From: Geosiphon pyriformis uo1
Taxonomy: Eukaryota > Fungi > Glomeromycota
Direction: 5' to 3'
Length of the DNA stretch: 64,000 bases
Assembly: GCA_016748015.1 (NCBI GenBank)
Contig: JAAOMT010000761.1
Coordinates: forward strand, 252,139 to 316,138
Shown here: positions 58,541 through 64,000 of the stretch, one piece after another
How the letters are laid out: every line of letters begins with the position of its first letter
How positions within the stretch are numbered: position 1 is the first letter of the stretch
Program-made: the position numbers and the translations under genes
The notes under the pieces: model-generated
What the model was told of the DNA's origin: nothing
Seen by the model: only the letters and a program-made list of their open reading frames with translations
Databases searched by the model: none

Positions 58541-61500
58541 TCTTTTAAATGTCCACTATATGATTTGAAATTAAGAGACTACAAAAAATTCAAGCCAACT
58601 AGATCTTTTGTAAATAAGTTATAAAATTTCAGATATGAATTTCTTTTGCGTTTTAGAGTATGAGGATTTAAAATATTGAGAATATGTACATGAACTTCGT
58701 GGGAAGCAGTATTTATAAGAGTGATGCAGGATTCACAGTGCACATGGAAAATGTCACGAAGTTAAATTCCTATGCGTGGCGGATGGTATCTTATGTTTCT
58801 ATTTTGAAAGAATAAGAATTCAAGTCCCCCGATTTGTTGCGTGTTTGGTGTTTCATCAGGAGAATATTAAATTGGCTTAATCAATAAACACAAAGCCATT
58901 CTATTATATGTCCTGTTATTGATGATGATTCAGCATCACAGACAGTTTAGCTTCAATAAATCCTTCTATTCAAGACGATAAAGGTATGACATGTCCTGCA
59001 GGAAATCACTTAATTTAGTGAAGTGCCAAGTTTTACAGCAGATCATATATACGCCTTGTCCCATTGTTTTTTGAAAACTTGGCTCAAAAAGAAAATTATT
59101 TATCGATTCATTCAAAAAGCGAAATCCTAATTTTCAACTGATTCAAATTTTTTCCCCAAGAAAAATAAAAGTGTGACTCCTTTGGTTTTTTTATATTAAA
59201 TCAAATTTTATAAATGTACTTTAACTAAAGAAAGGATAAGACTTTGCGAAAGAAAAGCAAGATTTAGTATTGAACGGTACAAAAAAGAGATAGTTAAAAA
59301 GTTTCAGTTAAATTTCTTATAACAAAAAAGAAATTACTATAATTTGGAAATTTAATTACGATTATATAATTGAGCTTCTCAAAGCAAAGACGATACAAAC
59401 GGGGGGGGGGGGGGGGAAGAAGTAAATTTATGATAGCATAATTCGCTGTAAAGTATTGATAATTAAAGAGCTTAAAAGAACTATTATACATGTGCAAAAA
59501 TTTCATCTCACATGTTAATCATGTTTAAACATCAGTTTTAGATTTCAATTGATCATGGCATTTTTCAATAAGAATATAAAATTTGAGGAGAAAATATCTC
59601 CTCTTGTTATTAAACTAATTTTTATTTATAGCTTTAGAATTCTAGATAATACCATGAATATGATTTCGATTCAAAAATTGACGCCAAGAGCACTCTTGGC
59701 TTGTCTGTATTCAATATTATTGAAATAGGTTATTCATTTATAAGCCACATATCTTGATTATTTTTTTCATGGTGAGGGCTCCTTGTCATTGTCTTGATAG
59801 TATATCGTAAAACTGACAAGACCACTTGACAGAATTCGATTAAAGTTTTCCCACCAATATGACTTGTGAGGCTTTACACTGCATACGAGGCGGTGTAATT
59901 GAATCATTACGAAAGTAAAACTGACATGTGACTAGGATAAACATTTAATCCAGAAATCATCAAGATTATCAAGTGATGATAACGAAATTATAAATATATT
60001 TTCTCTTATTGGAAAAAGCAAATCATCCGAAATCTGGCTTGCAGATATTTCATTATACATTTTTATGAATTAGTTTTGGGAAAAACGAAATTTTTTTTAT
60101 TATGACTTGATCCCACGCTGAATCATTGTCTTAAGTTAAAAATGGGGCTAAAAAAATAAAACTCTTTTATGACTGAGAGCCTATTCAAAGTATTGTCTGT
60201 TACAAACAAATGATAAATAAGTTGTAAACCAGATAAAAGAATGTAGATCGGTTATTAAATATCCCAATTCAAAAAACTCGATGAATATTAAAATGAATGA
60301 TTTGAAATTAAAACAGCAGTTAACAGTATTTAATTGTTTTCACTATTTAAATTTCAATTTGCTTATAAATAGTTGCTGATGAATATTTCCCGGATTATAA
60401 AAAATTTCTGAAAAGATTCTTAAGCATTATAATATTACAATCTTCTAACTATTTTTAGAGGATGAGAATATGAACAATGTTGTTGTGTCTGTATAATAAA
60501 TAATTTTTATATTAAAATTGATAATTAAGTATCAAAAAACAAATACTTTTTTGGCATAAGATAAATAATTAATATATATTTGTTAAATATAAATTGTAAT
60601 AAGATTAATTTATTTTGTACATTGCTTTTTATAGTTTTTTTGTATTTAAATATAGACATTCATTATACTTATCTAAAATGTTGAACTTAACTATGTTATT
60701 TACTATTATTAAGAAAAATTTAAAAATAAATATCATAATATATATATACCTTATTAATTGTGTACATTTTTTTATCTAACGTATCGTATAAAATGGTTTA
60801 TCAATTTAATTTGTATCCTCAAATAAAATTATTATTGTTATGACAAAGCAAGAAAGATCAATAAAACCACATAGCAGATAAGTAAATAAGTAATTGAGAA
60901 CTAAATATTAACCGGTGTTGATCTACTTGTGGATCAAATAACCAGTCCAACTCTTCCTTATATATCTGAATCCCAATTCCAAATTTTGTTACTAGCTGAT
61001 TTGATCAGTCAATTTTCTAGAATATTCCAGAATACTCAATGGTTAAAATTGGTATAGTATATTTAAATAAATATAATTACATATTTTAATTGTAATTTTC
61101 CCAAAAACATATTTACATGTTGAAATAAATCGAAAATTAAATTAAATTTTTTAAGTTATTACGACATTTTTAATATTAAAAACTACAAATAAAATATTTT
61201 ATTTATATGTTTGATTTAAAAATAGAAATATAATTATGTAATTATGCTTAAATTAGATTTTTATATATAATTTTAAACAAAAGAAATTTAAAATCTAAGA
61301 TTTAATAAATGATCCAACACAATTATTATTATTTGCTGAAGTTTTTCTATTAAAGAACTCAAAGAATATAATAAAGCTGACTACTGAAACTGATAATGCT
61401 TTAAATGAATTCTTGAATGGAAACATTAAAGATATAAAAATTTATTTTGGTATTGTCTTAAAAGATTTAATATTATTTAAGCTGCAGGTTATAAATAACG

Positions 61501-62335
61501 TTATGTAGAATTCCAAGTATACTTATTTTTTGAAGAAAAATGTATGCATAAAATCTACACTGCTCATTCTACTTGAAAGTTTCCTGTTTTCTTATGTTTG
61601 ACCTAATAATAAAAACATCTTTTTTAGAAAAAAATCAAATTATCTAAATTGGGTTAATTTATTTCGCCCTTTAACAGGTTTTATTGTGCACCACTAATTA
61701 GCAACAATTCAATAAGACGTTTAAAAAATAGGAATTAAATATATACAAATACGAAATATTTAAAATACAAAGCAGGCATCTTTACAATTAATACAGGAGG
61801 GGTCCGCAAAATTATCTAAAACCTAGATTAATGAAGAGCCTAAATTGGGTTATGTAAATCGAATAATTCGAGCTTTTTTAAAATAAATTTTTCCTATGCA
61901 CACTTAGCAAAAATTCATTAATGCCTGATAATATTAAATTCTATTTCTTACTAACTACTTGATTTCAAAATTTCCTTCAGATTGATTTTGAAATTGAAAA
62001 GCATTCGTTTATGATTGATACTTATTCTAAAAAACGAAAAATCATTTTATCACAATTTTTAAATTATATTTTGCTTTCGAAAAGGTTTAAAAAAGATATC
62101 CATTTATAATCATGAATTCAAAGGTATTTTCCGTCCTAGCGATAAAGTTTCTTGCATGTATTACTTAGCGTTAAACAGCAGGAACTGGAATAATCAAAAT
62201 TTAGAGTTTTTAATATTGTCTGTGAGTAAATATGTATTCATTGTACAACTATAACACGTTTTACAGAATACCCTTTAAAAAGCCTGTTTACGGTATTGTA
62301 AATTCATGCATCCGCTATGTAATATATTGCATTGC

Positions 62336-62515
62336 AAAGAACAATGACCCACCTTTTGCCTTTTTAGACTAATAATCTGATATGTTTTTAGGGCATTGTT
62401 AGTATTGCTTTAACAATGCATCTATTAAATTTATGATTAAATGAAATAATATTTTGACTTTTTTAACATTCTGCTTCAGTTAATATTGTTTCTTATCACA
62501 TCTTTTTCTATAAAA
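62336..62515 (+). promoter_or_regulatory. Promoter of peptide copy 5
   Basis: AAAGAACAATG 62336-62346; inverted GCATTGTTA 62393-62401 / TAACAATGC 62411-62419; ATTGTT ~62485-62490; TATAAAA 62509-62515. Confidence 0.55.
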
Positions 62516-62629
62516 TTGATCGTGCCCTTACAATTTCTTTCATTTAATCCAACCAGAAGAAGTACGAAAAAAGAAAAAGAAATTGAGTTCTCAAATTCAA
62601 ATTAAACCAAATCAAATAACTTAAACAAA

Positions 62630-62761
62630 ATGCAACCAACAACCAACAATCAATCCTCATTCAATCCGCTCTCAATCATTGCTCCTGGCAACGGCTCAAT
62701 TAAAGGACCAACCGGTGACCCAGACGATGGCAGTGGCACTGGTCAATGCTCGATCATGTAA
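62630..62761 (+). CDS. 43-aa CAAX-terminated peptide, putative lipopeptide pheromone precursor, copy 5
   Basis: Identical protein; private synonymous codons at P13 and T28; 48% GC (64/132) in a strongly AT-rich background. Confidence 0.85.
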   Translation: MQPTTNNQSSFNPLSIIAPGNGSIKGPTGDPDDGSGTGQCSIM

Positions 62762-64000
62762 AAGTTGCAGAGTATTCATATTGAAGATTCTCTTTTCCTA
62801 CCATCCCAGTAAATTGTGTGAAAAATTATCGTCGGGGCTTCTGAATTACATACTTCAAATTAATATAATGCAAATTTGGACTTTTAACATAGATATCTAG
62901 CTCTGAAGAATCAATAGTAAAGCAAAAGTCAGTATAATTACTCGCAACGAAAGGATACTGCATATTTCTCTTTCACTATTTTTTATTATTAATTGTATAT
63001 TAACGTTATAGTAATATAATTTGATTGGTTCTACCAAATGTTAAATAAATTATTTCTAGTATTTAAATTTGGTAATAAAATGTTCTGATTCAAGACCATA
63101 AAATATTCTTCTCTCAAAGCTAATTGGACCTTTAAAAGTATATTTCTTAATGGCGAAGTGAAACTTGAAAGTCAAATAAAACCTATTCAATTTTTACTAA
63201 TTTAACTGAAGGCATTTAAATATTAAAATATAAAATCAAAACTTAAATTAAAAGCCCTGATGCTTTTTACTGTTAATAAATTTCTGAATTTAGTTTAGAA
63301 AACTATAAAATTGTTTTCACCATGCAAGAAAATATTTTAGATTAAATTAAAATTTTATAAATAAGAATGATAGTAATTTTAAATTATTATATTAACTTTA
63401 ATTTTATCAGCAACAAAGTAGCAAAAGTTTTGAAGTTTTTTATACAGCTTTCAAATTATACATATATCAAACCAAAAAAGTGAAGCTTATTCCTTCAAAC
63501 TATTATTCTATGTTGAAAAAAGTTATTTCCTAAAGTCTATTTTGAAATTTTTCACAGATTTAATCCAAAAGCGATTGACAAGAAAACTGCGATTATTGAA
63601 TTATAAATTGTGTGAAAATCAAAAAAATCAGTTATGAAAAATTCTATAGCTTGAATTACTTAGTTACTTTAATTGTTTGATTTCTCGCTTTGTGTTAAAG
63701 CTGACAATTTTGAATTAATAGCCTAATAGTAGAAAAAGAAAATTTCAAATTAATTCGTTTTCATATCAATTATTGATTCTCAGGATTGTTTGCTTTCTAA
63801 TTTTGAAACAAAGGTTTTTTTTCTTAAATCTATTTGTGTATTAAATATTAATAACTTCTTAACTCCATTTAAATTCTCATTCTATATTATCATAAATCTA
63901 TTTCTCAATTATTTCAGTGAATTAATACACTGTCAAGATTTAATATAAAAATGTATATCTTTTTTATGTTAGAGATATTAGGCTCAATTGAAAATCAAAA

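Larger units (their letters stand above)
61980..64000. repeat. Inverted paralogue of the peptide-gene unit (homologous to ~37000-38340 and to the copy 1/4 promoters), running off the window end
   Basis: Reverse-complement similarity, e.g. 63901-63972 vs 37211-37280, 63971-64000 vs 37003-37033, 62120-62210 vs 35245-35350. Confidence 0.75.

Noticed and set aside
59585-59700. Two short inverted repeats (GAGGAGA..TCTCCTC; GCCAAGAG..CTCTTGGC)
   Set aside because: Stems of 7-8 bp with no associated element or RNA gene.
62679-62900. 73-aa track ORF overlapping peptide copy 5, and related ORFs 47145-47342 and 49925-50113
   Set aside because: These are alternative-frame or flank ORFs of the repeat unit and are not preserved across copies, whereas the 43-aa frame is invariant.

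Overview
Very AT-rich eukaryotic (fungal) genomic DNA with short GT-AG introns. The style of the P450, F-box and lipase genes most resembles Mucoromycota, probably an arbuscular-mycorrhizal/Glomeromycotina-like fungus; this taxon call is inference. Conventional genes: a multi-exon cytochrome P450, a class-3 lipase homologue that has lost its catalytic Ser and His, an orphan 7TM/GPCR-like protein, two divergently oriented NAD(P)-binding (flavin-reductase/atypical SDR-like) paralogues, a secreted Thr-rich protein with Gly-Asn repeat ends, an F-box protein and a PalI/SUR7-family membrane protein. The main finding is below the ORF track's 60-aa cutoff: five copies of a 132-nt ORF (34705-34836, 38085-38216, 47391-47522, 49730-49861 on the minus strand; 62630-62761 on the plus strand). 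All five encode the identical 43-aa peptide MQPTTNNQSSFNPLSIIAPGNGSIKGPTGDPDDGSGTGQCSIM, which ends in a CAAX farnesylation box. The 13 variable codons among the copies are all synonymous, and the copies share a TATA box and clustered AACAAT/ATTGTT (HMG-box-type) sites upstream. This looks like an amplified a-factor-type lipopeptide pheromone precursor locus in a lineage where such peptides are not classically described.
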